A stretch of DNA of 64,000 bases, taken from the NCBI GenBank assembly GCA_963666055.2, contig CAXWPH010000015.1, positions 1,824,001-1,888,000 on the forward strand. The letters run 5' to 3'. Positions 38,384-47,240 of the stretch are shown here, in pieces; within the stretch, counting starts at the first letter, position 1, and every line of letters begins with the position of its first letter. Position numbers and translations under genes: made by a program. The stretch comes from Acidobacteriota bacterium. GTDB taxonomy: Bacteria > Acidobacteriota > UBA890 > WLXD01. A model generated the notes under the pieces. The model was not told the DNA's origin. It made no database searches and saw only the letters and a program-made list of their open reading frames with translations.

Positions 38384-38725
38384 TCAATGCTCCGCCGGGG
38401 ACGCCGGCGCAGCCCCGTGGATCGGTTCACCGGTCGTGTCGGCTATGGTCCCCGCCGGCAGGCCCATTAGCACGACGAAGAACGCCAAGGTCAGCAGCAG
38501 GATGCTGTAGATGAGCTTCTTCTCGTCGAGCAGGTGCATGAAGTATCCGGCAACCAGCGACCCCTTGACGGTGGCGATAATCATCGCCAGGGTTATCGCC
38601 AAGCCGGACGTCAGGTCGAGGTAGCTGACCCCCACGGTCACTCCCGTCAGCACCGCCAGCGCGCCGAAGACCATGAAGTACTTGCGCACTTCCTGGTGGA
38701 TTTCGTCCGGGCTGTGGCCGCTCAT
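38384..38725 (-). CDS. ctaF: Cytochrome c oxidase subunit IV
   Basis: YFMVFGALAVLT...IATVKGSLVAGYFMHL. Confidence 0.85.
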   Translation of the reverse strand: MSGHSPDEIHQEVRKYFMVFGALAVLTGVTVGVSYLDLTSGLAITLAMIIATVKGSLVAGYFMHLLDEKKLIYSILLLTLAFFVVLMGLPAGTIADTTGEPIHGAAPASPAEH

Positions 38726-38734
38726 CGGCACTCC

Positions 38735-39319
38735 CTAAAGCAGGTACAGGGCAGGAAACAGGAAGATCCACACCAGATCGACGAAGTGCCAGTAAAGGCC
38801 GAACGTCTCGACGCGATTCGTGAACCGCTCGGGCGCCGTGTTCCACATCTTGGCGCCAGGACCTAGGAGGTAGGCGATCACGATCATGCCGCCGAGCACG
38901 TGCAGCCCATGGAGGCCGGTCATGGTGAAGTACACCGCCATGAAGTTGTTGGTGGCGGGATACAGACCGTGGGTGAATTCGGAGTTGTACTCGAAGCCCT
39001 TGACCACCATGAACGCCGTGGCGAGCAGGAAGGTCAGGATGCCGTACAACTTGAATTTGGCGTAATTGTTGAGGCGCAGCGACGCCCACGCCAGCACCAC
39101 GGTCACCGACGAGGTGATCAGAAACATGGTGTTCAGCGTCGCCATCGGCACGTTGAGGTCGGCGTGGTACCAGTTGGGGTCGCTGGTCCTGAGCAGGATG
39201 TACGACGAGAACAGCGCCCCGAAAAGCATCACCTCGGAGGCCAGAAACAACCAGATCCCGAGCTTGGCGTTGTAAAGGCCGGTGTCGGGCCGCGGTTCGA
39301 CTGTGTAGGGGATATCCAT
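38735..39319 (-). CDS. ctaE: Cytochrome c oxidase subunit III
   Basis: WLFLASEVMLF, TGLHGLHV, YWHFVDLVWIFLF. Confidence 0.92.
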   Translation of the reverse strand: MDIPYTVEPRPDTGLYNAKLGIWLFLASEVMLFGALFSSYILLRTSDPNWYHADLNVPMATLNTMFLITSSVTVVLAWASLRLNNYAKFKLYGILTFLLATAFMVVKGFEYNSEFTHGLYPATNNFMAVYFTMTGLHGLHVLGGMIVIAYLLGPGAKMWNTAPERFTNRVETFGLYWHFVDLVWIFLFPALYLL

Positions 39320-39322
39320 CGC

Positions 39323-41119
39323 CTATCCGCCCTGCGGCGCCGTCGCCGCATCCTGAGCGATGAAGCTGTCCTCTGCACCCGGCGCACTGTACTCGTAGGG
39401 ACCCCGGTACACCCTCGGCAGGGTCTCGAAGTTGCCGTGTCCGAGCGGCGGTGAGGTGGTGGCCGTCCACTCGATTGTGGTGGCCTCCCACGGGTTCGCC
39501 GTCGCCCGTTTGCCGCGGAAGATGCTCCACAGGAAGTTGACGATGAAGAGGATCTGCGCCGCTGCCAGCAGGAACGCCGAGTACGAGATGAAGGTGTTCC
39601 AGTGCAGCACGGGCTGGACGTGCGAGTACTGGGCGCCACCGTCGTACAGCCGCCGTGACACGCCGGCCAGCCCCTGCAGGAACATCGGTGCGAAGATGCA
39701 GTTGATGAAGACCAGCGACGCCCAGAAGTGCAGCTTGCCAAGCACTTCGTTCATCATCCGGCCGGTAATCTTCGGGAACCAGTAGTAGATGCCGGCGAAG
39801 ATGCCGAAGATGGTTCCGGGCGCCACGACGTAGTGGAAGTGCCCGATCACGTAGTAGGTGTCGTGTAGGTGGATATCAGCTGGCGCCAGACCGAGCGGTA
39901 GCCCGGTGAGCCCGCCAATGCCGAACATGGGCAGGAAAGCCAGCGCGAACAACATCGGCGTATTGAAGCGGATCGAGGCACCCCACAGAGAGATCAGCAA
40001 GGCCGTCAAGATCACCACCGACGGGATCGAGATGATCATTGTGGTGGTCTGAAAAAAGGCGCTGATCACCGTGCCCATGCCGGTCATGAACATGTGGTGC
40101 GCCCACACGATGAAGGACATGAAGCCGAGAAACACCGTCGAGTACACCAGAGCTTTGTAGCCCCAGAGCGGCTTGCGGGTGTTGTTGGCGATGATCTCGG
40201 CGACGATGCCCATCGCCGGCAGGATCAGCACGTAGACCTCGGGGTGGGCCAGGAACCAGAACAGATGCTGCCACAGCAGCACCGAGCCACCACCGGCGTA
40301 CTCGAGAATCTGCCCCGATACATAGAGCCCACTGGGCATGAAGAAGCTGGTGCCGGCGAGGCGGTCCATGAGCTGCATCGCACCCGCCGCCTCGAGCGGC
40401 GGGAACGCCAGCACGAGCAAGAACGAGGTGACCAGCTGCGCCCAGACGAAGAACGGCAGCCGCATCCAGGTCATCCCCGGCGCGCGCAGCTGGAAGATGG
40501 TCACGATGAAGTTCATCGAGCCGAGCAGCGACGAGTTGATCAAGCAGATCATGCCGATCAGCCACCCCGTCTGTCCCATCGTGGCAATGATCGAGAGCGG
40601 TGCGTATGAGGTCCAGCCCGAGTTCGCCGCACCGCCGGGAAGGAAGAAGCTCGCCAGCATGACCACGCCACCGACGAAGTAGAACCAGTAGCTCGCCATG
40701 TTGAGCTTCGGGAAGGCCATGTCGGGGGCGCCGATCTGCAGCGGCACGATGTAGTTGCCGAAGGCGCCGACGATCATCGGCACCACGCCGAGGAACACCA
40801 TGATGGTGCCGTGCATGGCGCCGAGCTGGTTGTAGAACTCCGGCAGCATGATGCCGCCCGGTGCGTTTGCCTGGCCTAGGAAGCCGCCGATGATGGGTAT
40901 GGGCGCGCCAGGGGAGGCCAGCTGCCAGCGCATCATCAGCATCAAGCAGAAGCCGAACAACAGGAAGAACAGGGAGGTCAGGCCGTACTGGATCCCGATC
41001 GTCTTGTGATCGGTCGAGAAGACGTACTTCCAGATGAAGCTCTCGTCGTGATGCTCGCCATGTGCGTGGGCGTCATCGTGCCCAGCTTCGTCGACGAACC
41101 TCTCCTCGGGGATGCTCAT
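39323..41119 (-). CDS. ctaD: Cytochrome c oxidase subunit I (A-type heme-copper oxidase)
   Basis: STDHKTIG, MHGTIM, PDMAFPKLN, AHPEVY, WAHHM, HFHYV, SRR. Confidence 0.95.
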   Translation of the reverse strand: MSIPEERFVDEAGHDDAHAHGEHHDESFIWKYVFSTDHKTIGIQYGLTSLFFLLFGFCLMLMMRWQLASPGAPIPIIGGFLGQANAPGGIMLPEFYNQLGAMHGTIMVFLGVVPMIVGAFGNYIVPLQIGAPDMAFPKLNMASYWFYFVGGVVMLASFFLPGGAANSGWTSYAPLSIIATMGQTGWLIGMICLINSSLLGSMNFIVTIFQLRAPGMTWMRLPFFVWAQLVTSFLLVLAFPPLEAAGAMQLMDRLAGTSFFMPSGLYVSGQILEYAGGGSVLLWQHLFWFLAHPEVYVLILPAMGIVAEIIANNTRKPLWGYKALVYSTVFLGFMSFIVWAHHMFMTGMGTVISAFFQTTTMIISIPSVVILTALLISLWGASIRFNTPMLFALAFLPMFGIGGLTGLPLGLAPADIHLHDTYYVIGHFHYVVAPGTIFGIFAGIYYWFPKITGRMMNEVLGKLHFWASLVFINCIFAPMFLQGLAGVSRRLYDGGAQYSHVQPVLHWNTFISYSAFLLAAAQILFIVNFLWSIFRGKRATANPWEATTIEWTATTSPPLGHGNFETLPRVYRGPYEYSAPGAEDSFIAQDAATAPQGG

Positions 41120-41224
41120 CAGCGCATCTCGCCTCGTGCGGTGGGACTAGACCAAAACAGAGTTACGGGAGCTTACGACAGCTCCGTCAGAGGAGCAATT
41201 CGAGCCTTTTCTGCAACTCTGATG

Positions 41225-41791
41225 TCATCCGTCAGCGCGAGCACTTCCTAGCGCCCGCGCGTACCACAGCAGCTCGTCGACAAAGCGGCCGCCCCGGCCC
41301 TCGAAGGCCTCGTCGAGGGCCGCACCATCCACACCGAGGGTGTGCTCGATGTTCGGCACGGTCATCGCGGCGGGAATCGGCACGGCCCCCAGGTTCATGA
41401 GGACAATGCGGAGTTGTTGCAGCACCACCATGCCACCGAACGCCCCCACCGAGTGGGCGACGATTCCGACCGGCTTTCGCCGCCACTCCGAGCCCAACGC
41501 GTCGATGGCATTCTTGAGCGCCGCCGGGTAGCCCTTGTTGTACTCCGGGGTGGCGATGACCACCGCGTCGGCACGGTCGATCTGTTCGCTCAGCGCGGTC
41601 AGTCCGGGCGGCGGCTCGTCGAGAAAACGTAGCCGTTCTTCGACCAGGGGAAGATCCAGGCGGCGCAGGTCGATCAGGTCTGAGTGCACATCGCCGCGCT
41701 CTCCGAGCTTGCGCAGAATGAAGCGCGCCAGCCGCGGCGTGTTGCGCCCCTGGCGAATGCTGCCCAGCACGACGGGTATACGCAGGGTCAC
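41225..41791 (-). CDS. NADPH-dependent FMN reductase
   Basis: LGSIRQGR, ATPEYNKGYPAALKNAID, GAFGG. Confidence 0.9.
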   Translation of the reverse strand: MTLRIPVVLGSIRQGRNTPRLARFILRKLGERGDVHSDLIDLRRLDLPLVEERLRFLDEPPPGLTALSEQIDRADAVVIATPEYNKGYPAALKNAIDALGSEWRRKPVGIVAHSVGAFGGMVVLQQLRIVLMNLGAVPIPAAMTVPNIEHTLGVDGAALDEAFEGRGGRFVDELLWYARALGSARADG

Positions 41792-43029
41792 GAGAGTGGC
41801 GGCTCCAACAAGAGCAACACCAGCAGCGCCGTACGTTCGACCATCTGCTCGAGATCGACGTATTCATGCGAGGCGTGCGCCCCGTCGCCGACGGCGCCGA
41901 GCCCGTCGAGCGTAGGCGTGTAGAGGTTGGTTATGTTGCCGTCCGATCCGCCGCCGGCACGTCCGTGCTCGAGCGCAAAGCCGAGGCCCTCGGCGTGACA
42001 CCGGGCGGCGTCCCAAAGCGTTTTCCCGCCGGCGGTCTGCTCCATCGGCGACCGTCCCTGCGTTTGAGCCGCCTGCACGGTTGCGGCCGGGTGCGTCGTC
42101 GCCAGACTGTGGATCGCCGCATCGACCCGCGCTGCGTCATCGAGCGTCGGAACGCGCACGTCGACATCTGCCACACACTCGGCGGCGATGACGTTCGAGC
42201 GCGTGCCGCCGCCGATGATCCCGACGTTTACGCTGATGCCGCGCTGCGCGTCGTTGAGCGCGAACAACTCTTGCACCAGACGCGACATCTCCAAGATCGC
42301 GCTGATTCCCTCCCCAGGATTCAAACCGGCGTGCGCCGCCCGGCCAGTCACCTTCACTCGATACTGCCGCACCCCCTTGCGAGCTGTTTTCAGCCAGCCC
42401 GCCGGCGTCAGCGACGGCTCCATGACGTAGGCTCGGTCGGCACTGCCGGCGAGCCACCGGATATATTTCTCGGAGTCGTGGCTACCGATCTCTTCGTCGG
42501 AGTTGATGAACACGACCGGCTTGACCTCGGGATCCAAGCCGAGGTCCCGCAACACATGCATCGCATACACCGTCTGCGTCAGGCCGCACTTCATGTCATA
42601 CACACCGGGGCCGCGCATGCGCGATCCTTCTATCTCCACCGGCATGCTCTCGAGCGTGCCGAGCGGCCAAACAGTGTCGCAATGCCCGATCAGCAACTGC
42701 AGCGACGAACGGCGCCGGCGTGGCCAGCTGGCCAGCAACATACCGCCGCTGGTGTAGCCCGAATGTCGCCGGCACCGCAGACCGGCCGCCGCAAGCCCCT
42801 CGGCGAGCTGCTGGAGCGCCACCGTTTGCGTGTGCGGCTCGAGCGTCGGGGTCTCGGTTAGAGCGAGCTTGCGAAGAAATTCCACCGCCTCGGAGTGTCT
42901 GGCGCGGACAGCGTCCAGGACCTCGCCGGCCATTGACTGTGCCGCGGGCGCAATGTTGCGCATTGCTGGCCGCTGTTGGCCACGTTCTTGGCCTACCAGG
43001 CCACTTCGGGGTTCTGCTGTTTCGGCCAT
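41788..43029 (-). CDS. M20 family metallopeptidase (glutamate carboxypeptidase-like)
   Basis: GHCDTVW, GPGVYDMK, SDEEIGS, GGGSDGN, AHASHE; start uncertain. Confidence 0.88.
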   Translation of the reverse strand: MAETAEPRSGLVGQERGQQRPAMRNIAPAAQSMAGEVLDAVRARHSEAVEFLRKLALTETPTLEPHTQTVALQQLAEGLAAAGLRCRRHSGYTSGGMLLASWPRRRRSSLQLLIGHCDTVWPLGTLESMPVEIEGSRMRGPGVYDMKCGLTQTVYAMHVLRDLGLDPEVKPVVFINSDEEIGSHDSEKYIRWLAGSADRAYVMEPSLTPAGWLKTARKGVRQYRVKVTGRAAHAGLNPGEGISAILEMSRLVQELFALNDAQRGISVNVGIIGGGTRSNVIAAECVADVDVRVPTLDDAARVDAAIHSLATTHPAATVQAAQTQGRSPMEQTAGGKTLWDAARCHAEGLGFALEHGRAGGGSDGNITNLYTPTLDGLGAVGDGAHASHEYVDLEQMVERTALLVLLLLEPPLS

Positions 43030-43216
43030 GCCGAAATCATACTGGCACAAGCCGGGCCAATCCGAATCATCAGTTGGCGCATGGCGATTCGTCGGAGTCA
43101 GGGAATATGTTCAACCAACTCTTGTTAGGCGAAACTGACTGATGATAGCTTATAGTGCTTCTGGCAATTTTGTGCCTTCGTTTAAAGCGTTTTCACAACT
43201 CAGTGATATTTCTACG

Positions 43217-43981
43217 GTGCAGAAGACAGTCTCATATCTTCTTGCTGCTCTTATCGGGCTGACGATCACGGCAGGCGCGGCGGACGCGCAGGGCCTCCGC
43301 GGCAGCCGCACCTCGATGGACCGCCAGAACCACCAGGCCATGCTGCACGACTTCACCTTCATGCGCGACGGAAAGCACGTCTCCCGGTTCGTACGTGCCG
43401 GCTTGCTTGTGCGGCTGCGCGGCAATCGCGACTACGTCCTCAAGGATGTGTCATACCCCTATGCGCGGCCGGAGGTAAAGCTCTTCACCGAGCGGTTGGC
43501 GGCGCAGTTTCGAGCCGCTTGCGGCGAGCAGCTGGTGGTCACCAGCCTGACGCGCCCGCAAACCGCTCAGCCGCGCAACGCGTCGCCCCGATCGGTACAC
43601 CCGACCGGGATGGCAATCGACCTGCGGCGGCACAACAAGCCGTCGTGTCGTAGCTGGCTCGAGAGAATCCTGCTATCGCTCGAAGAGCGTGGTGTGCTCG
43701 AGGCTGCGGCCGAGAAACACCCACCGCACTACCACGTGGCTCTGTTCCCACGCCCGTATGCCGCCTATGTGCGGAAACTTGTCGGGAAGGCGAGTCCTCG
43801 TACCGGCGACGGCTTCACCGATGTCGCGGCCTACAGGGTGAGCCACCGCGACACGCTCTGGAGAATCGCCCAGAGCCACGGCACAACGACCGACCGTATC
43901 CAGTCCAAGAACGCGCTGAAGTCGACGCGGATCTACCCTGGCCAAGTTCTTCAGGTTCCGGTTCCGAGCCGACGGAAATAG
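43217..43981 (+). CDS. Exported DUF5715-like (LAS/M15-type peptidase fold) protein with C-terminal LysM domain
   Basis: Signal peptide; LVVTSLTRP, SVHPTGMAIDLR, PPHYHV; LysM YRVSHRDTLWRIAQSHG...IYPGQVL. Confidence 0.75.
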   Translation: MQKTVSYLLAALIGLTITAGAADAQGLRGSRTSMDRQNHQAMLHDFTFMRDGKHVSRFVRAGLLVRLRGNRDYVLKDVSYPYARPEVKLFTERLAAQFRAACGEQLVVTSLTRPQTAQPRNASPRSVHPTGMAIDLRRHNKPSCRSWLERILLSLEERGVLEAAAEKHPPHYHVALFPRPYAAYVRKLVGKASPRTGDGFTDVAAYRVSHRDTLWRIAQSHGTTTDRIQSKNALKSTRIYPGQVLQVPVPSRRK

Positions 43982-43988
43982 GTGCGGC

Positions 43989-45137
43989 CTAGTTTCGGCG
44001 GGCGGCGACTCGACGTAGCAACGCATCGTAGGACGATGCCAGGTGATCCCAGCCGTGGCGCCGCCGTACCTCGGCAGCCAGACCATCCGTCCGGGCTCGC
44101 CAACGCGCCGGATCCCGCAGCACACTCACGAGCTTGCGTTCCAGCTCGCCGCTGCCGGCGTACAGACACAGCGAGTGCGTTCGCTCCGGCAGAACCTCCG
44201 GATAACTGAGTCGCCGCGGTACGAGGGGAATCGCCCCGGCGGCAACCGCCTCCAGCACGCTGATGCCGTAGAACTCGTGCCTGGCCGTCGACACCACCAC
44301 CGTCGCCCGGCGAAGCAGGGCAGCATATTCACGACGTGGGAGGAAGCCGGAGTGGATCACCCGGCCGCCGAGAGCGCGCCGGCCCGTCTCGAAGGCGCTT
44401 GGCACGCGGCCGGGACATTCCCCGCAGAGCGCCACCCGAAAGGGCACGTCCTGCGCCGCCACGCTGCGCAGAGCGGCGAAGAACGCTGCGGGGTTCTTGT
44501 CGTACTCCCAACGATGGTTCCACAGAACCAGCGGCGACTCATCGCGACCCTCTACGAGACGCTCCGTGAGCCGGCCGGCGCCGGCGAGGTCGTCGACTCG
44601 AATGCCGGGATATACCACCTCGCTCCGATCTCGCACCTGCTGGACACAGTCGAGCTCGCGCTCGTCGGGCATCGCCTCGAGGAAGCGAGGAAGGCTGGCG
44701 AGTAGCTCATCGCGATGGAACGCCGAGTTGAACACGACGCGGTCTGCCGCCAACATCGACGCGAGGTTGACAAAGCCGAACTGCTCGTTGCCTGATTCGC
44801 GCTGCTGCTGCGGCCGTCGTTCGCGAACGTCGTCCGGCAGTGGGTAGGTGAATTGGTTCTCGTGCATGTACAGCACGAGCGGCACCGGCGGATTCTGCCA
44901 GCGAGTCAACGCCAGAAACGTCGTCACGTCGAGCATGTCGGTGGCCAGAATCACGTCGACTGGCTGGAGATCGGCATACTGCCGCGCCAGGGTGATCGCC
45001 GCGCCGCGCATGCGCCACTTCCAAAAACGACCGGGGAGTGTGAGCAGCTCGAAGTCGAGCCCGCTATGCTCGGCCAGCCCGTCGGCCCATGCCGCATGGC
45101 TGCCCCCGTGGTAGGGGGAAAGCAGCGCCACACGCAC
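43989..45137 (-). CDS. DUF3524/GTDC1-like GT-B glycosyltransferase
   Basis: PYHGGSHAAW, LPGRFWKWRMR, YMHENQFTYP, WNHRWEYDKNP, HEFYGISVLEA. Confidence 0.85.
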   Translation of the reverse strand: MRVALLSPYHGGSHAAWADGLAEHSGLDFELLTLPGRFWKWRMRGAAITLARQYADLQPVDVILATDMLDVTTFLALTRWQNPPVPLVLYMHENQFTYPLPDDVRERRPQQQRESGNEQFGFVNLASMLAADRVVFNSAFHRDELLASLPRFLEAMPDERELDCVQQVRDRSEVVYPGIRVDDLAGAGRLTERLVEGRDESPLVLWNHRWEYDKNPAAFFAALRSVAAQDVPFRVALCGECPGRVPSAFETGRRALGGRVIHSGFLPRREYAALLRRATVVVSTARHEFYGISVLEAVAAGAIPLVPRRLSYPEVLPERTHSLCLYAGSGELERKLVSVLRDPARWRARTDGLAAEVRRRHGWDHLASSYDALLRRVAARRN

Positions 45138-45141
45138 CGAA

Positions 45142-46266
45142 CTAGCTGCCGGCGGCCTCGACGCTGGCCAGACCGCGCGCGCCTCTCAGTTTGCTGCCAA
45201 AGAGAATCTCGCTCGTCGTACAGGCGATGTCGATGCCGTACAGCCAGCGGCCCGTCGTCTTGACGTCGGCCCCGTCGAGTACGAACGCGGTGCCGTTCTT
45301 GTCGGCCACCAGCCCGGTAACGAACTCGAACGGCAACGGAAGGGGACACGGCAGCCTCAATTCGCCGCCGACGACGAGGACTACCTCGGCCAGGTTGGCA
45401 AGCCAATAGCGTCCGGCGGCATCGATATCAAAGGCTGTCGCCTGAACTCCTGCCTGTTTCCACACCAGCTTCGCCTTGGTGAGGTTCTTGCCGGTAACGC
45501 GCCAGATGGCGTCCCAGCGGTCCGTGAACAGCGTGGTGATCAGCGGACCGGCGTCGCCGTCGACGAAGTACACGCCGCCGGAGGAATCCCGAGCCAACAA
45601 CTTCGGGTTGAACAGCTCCTTACGCGGAGCAAGCTGTGAGAACTCGCCGCTTTCCAGGTCATATCGCCAGACACGTCCGTCTGCCAACACTTGTCCGCCG
45701 ACCACGGCGCCCTGGTCCGCGATGATCAAGCTTCCCCGCCCATCGAACAGCACGTCGTTGGCAAAGCCAAAGGACTCGGCCAGGTGCCCCGGAGCGGTTA
45801 GCTCGGTGAGGTTGTCACGCGTCTTCGACACGTCGAAGAGCAACACGCGCGACACTGCCGCGATTGCCAGCAGACCGGAGGTCGAATCGAAGGCGACGCC
45901 ACGCGCGACAAAGCTCGTCTTCACCTTCTTGGCCTTGACGCCGACGGGGGCTTCAATGTCGATCTCGAGAGCTCGGAATCGCCTCTCGGTAACCGACAAC
46001 AGCTCCCCGGGCTCGGGGCTCAGCCGCCGCAGATCAGCAACGGCGATGACGCGGTCAGCATCGAGCCGGCGGTCTTCACCCTGCGCGGCCTGCTCATCGG
46101 CCCGTAGAAGGCGGCGCCGTTCGAGCGCCACAGCGACCGTCGCCTCAACGGCAGATCGCATCTGCACGCCTGGCGTCGTCGACGCTGGCACGGCAGTGGG
46201 ATTGGCCGCTAGAAAGACACCGAGCAGAACTCGGAGCGCAAACGGCCGCGAGAGTTTCCGTGGCAT
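45142..46266 (-). CDS. Hypothetical exported beta-propeller (NHL/SGL-like) protein
   Basis: Signal peptide; repeated blades (GVAFD, DVLFDGRGSLIIAD, AFDIDAAGRYW, GLVADKNG). Confidence 0.6.
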   Translation of the reverse strand: MPRKLSRPFALRVLLGVFLAANPTAVPASTTPGVQMRSAVEATVAVALERRRLLRADEQAAQGEDRRLDADRVIAVADLRRLSPEPGELLSVTERRFRALEIDIEAPVGVKAKKVKTSFVARGVAFDSTSGLLAIAAVSRVLLFDVSKTRDNLTELTAPGHLAESFGFANDVLFDGRGSLIIADQGAVVGGQVLADGRVWRYDLESGEFSQLAPRKELFNPKLLARDSSGGVYFVDGDAGPLITTLFTDRWDAIWRVTGKNLTKAKLVWKQAGVQATAFDIDAAGRYWLANLAEVVLVVGGELRLPCPLPLPFEFVTGLVADKNGTAFVLDGADVKTTGRWLYGIDIACTTSEILFGSKLRGARGLASVEAAGS

Positions 46267-46358
46267 GGATAAAACGAGAATTGCGGCGCGGACGCGGAGC
46301 GCGCCGAACACGGTATCGGAATGTGAACGCTCGCGATTATAGCGCGAGAGAGACTCGA

Positions 46359-46387
46359 TTGACCCGTCCTCAGCCCGAGCATACGAT
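46359..46387 (+). promoter_or_regulatory. sigma70 promoter of the tRNA cluster
   Basis: TTGACC-N17-TACGAT. Confidence 0.7.
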
Positions 46388-46447
46388 GACGGGTTCAGTG
46401 TCCTGGGTTCGAGATTTGATGAACAATCGGCTCAGGGAATACTGGGT

Positions 46448-46524
46448 GGTGAGCGTAGCTCAACGGGCAGAGCACTCGGCTGTGGCCCGAGAGGTTGGGG
46501 GTTCAAGTCCCCTCGCTCACCCCA
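46448..46524 (+). tRNA. tRNA-His (GTG)
   Basis: G-1, acceptor GTGAGCG/CGCTCAC, anticodon loop CTGTGGC, GTTCAAGT T-loop, encoded CCA. Confidence 0.93.
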
Positions 46525-46527
46525 TGC

Positions 46528-46602
46528 GCGCCCGTAGCTCAGCACGGATAGAGCGTCAGATTCCGGATCTGAAAGTCGCAGGTTCAAATCCTGCCGGGCG
46601 CA
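46528..46602 (+). tRNA. tRNA-Arg (CCG)
   Basis: Acceptor GCGCCCG/CGGGCGC, anticodon arm TCAGA-TTCCGGA-TCTGA. Confidence 0.92.
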
Positions 46603-46975
46603 TGTATTTTGCTCGTTTTCGTCTCGGTTTCATCGAGGTCGAGGGCATGCGGCTCTTCGACACGCGATTTGCCGGCGTCGGCTACGACACAAGTTCGTGT
46701 ATCTGGCTAACGGATTCGCTGTGGGTGTGATGGCGACCCATTTGTTGCGCGGCCGCGCACGCCGCTCGGCGAGTGGCTCTGTGGCCCGCGGCATCTGAGC
46801 CGTCGCGATGTGGCGTGTCGTTTCGAGCCGACGAGGCTTGATCTACGGCACGAGCTCGGGAAGCTCGGCGATGTGGCAAGGACAAGAATAGGGACGCTCT
46901 GGCCAAGTGACCCAATTCAGGAGTTCCTCCTAAATCGCTGTAAACCACTACAAAATAAGGCTTTTCGATTTGAGT

Positions 46976-47048
46976 GGGCCGCTAGCTCAACTGGCAGAGC
47001 AACGGACTCTTAATCCGTAGGTTCTAGGTTCGATTCCTAGGCGGCTCA
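46976..47048 (+). tRNA. tRNA-Lys (CTT)
   Basis: Acceptor GGGCCGC/GCGGCTC, anticodon arm ACGGA-CTCTTAA-TCCGT. Confidence 0.93.
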
Positions 47049-47061
47049 CCTCTCTCGACGC

Positions 47062-47145
47062 GCGAAAGTGGCGGAATTGGCAGACGCGCTGGCCTTAGGA
47101 GCCAGTGGGCTAACGCCCGTGGGGGTTCGAGTCCCCCCTTTCGCA
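47062..47145 (+). tRNA. tRNA-Leu (TAG)
   Basis: Acceptor GCGAAAG/CTTTCGC, anticodon arm CTGGC-CTTAGGA-GCCAG, long variable arm. Confidence 0.93.
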
Positions 47146-47240
47146 TGTTCTCCGGCAACATCCCTGCTTGCTCGGTAGGTAACAACACAACTGCGCGACA
47201 CTTCCTTTTTCCCCACGCCCTCTCGACACTGTCGGAAGTA

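Noticed and set aside
41164-41188. Imperfect hairpin upstream of ctaD
   Set aside because: Bulged stem with a weak U-tract; cannot distinguish a terminator from chance
43043-43058. TGGCAC...GGGC sigma54-like element upstream of the LysM gene
   Set aside because: The -12 box lacks TTGC; such matches are frequent by chance at this GC content
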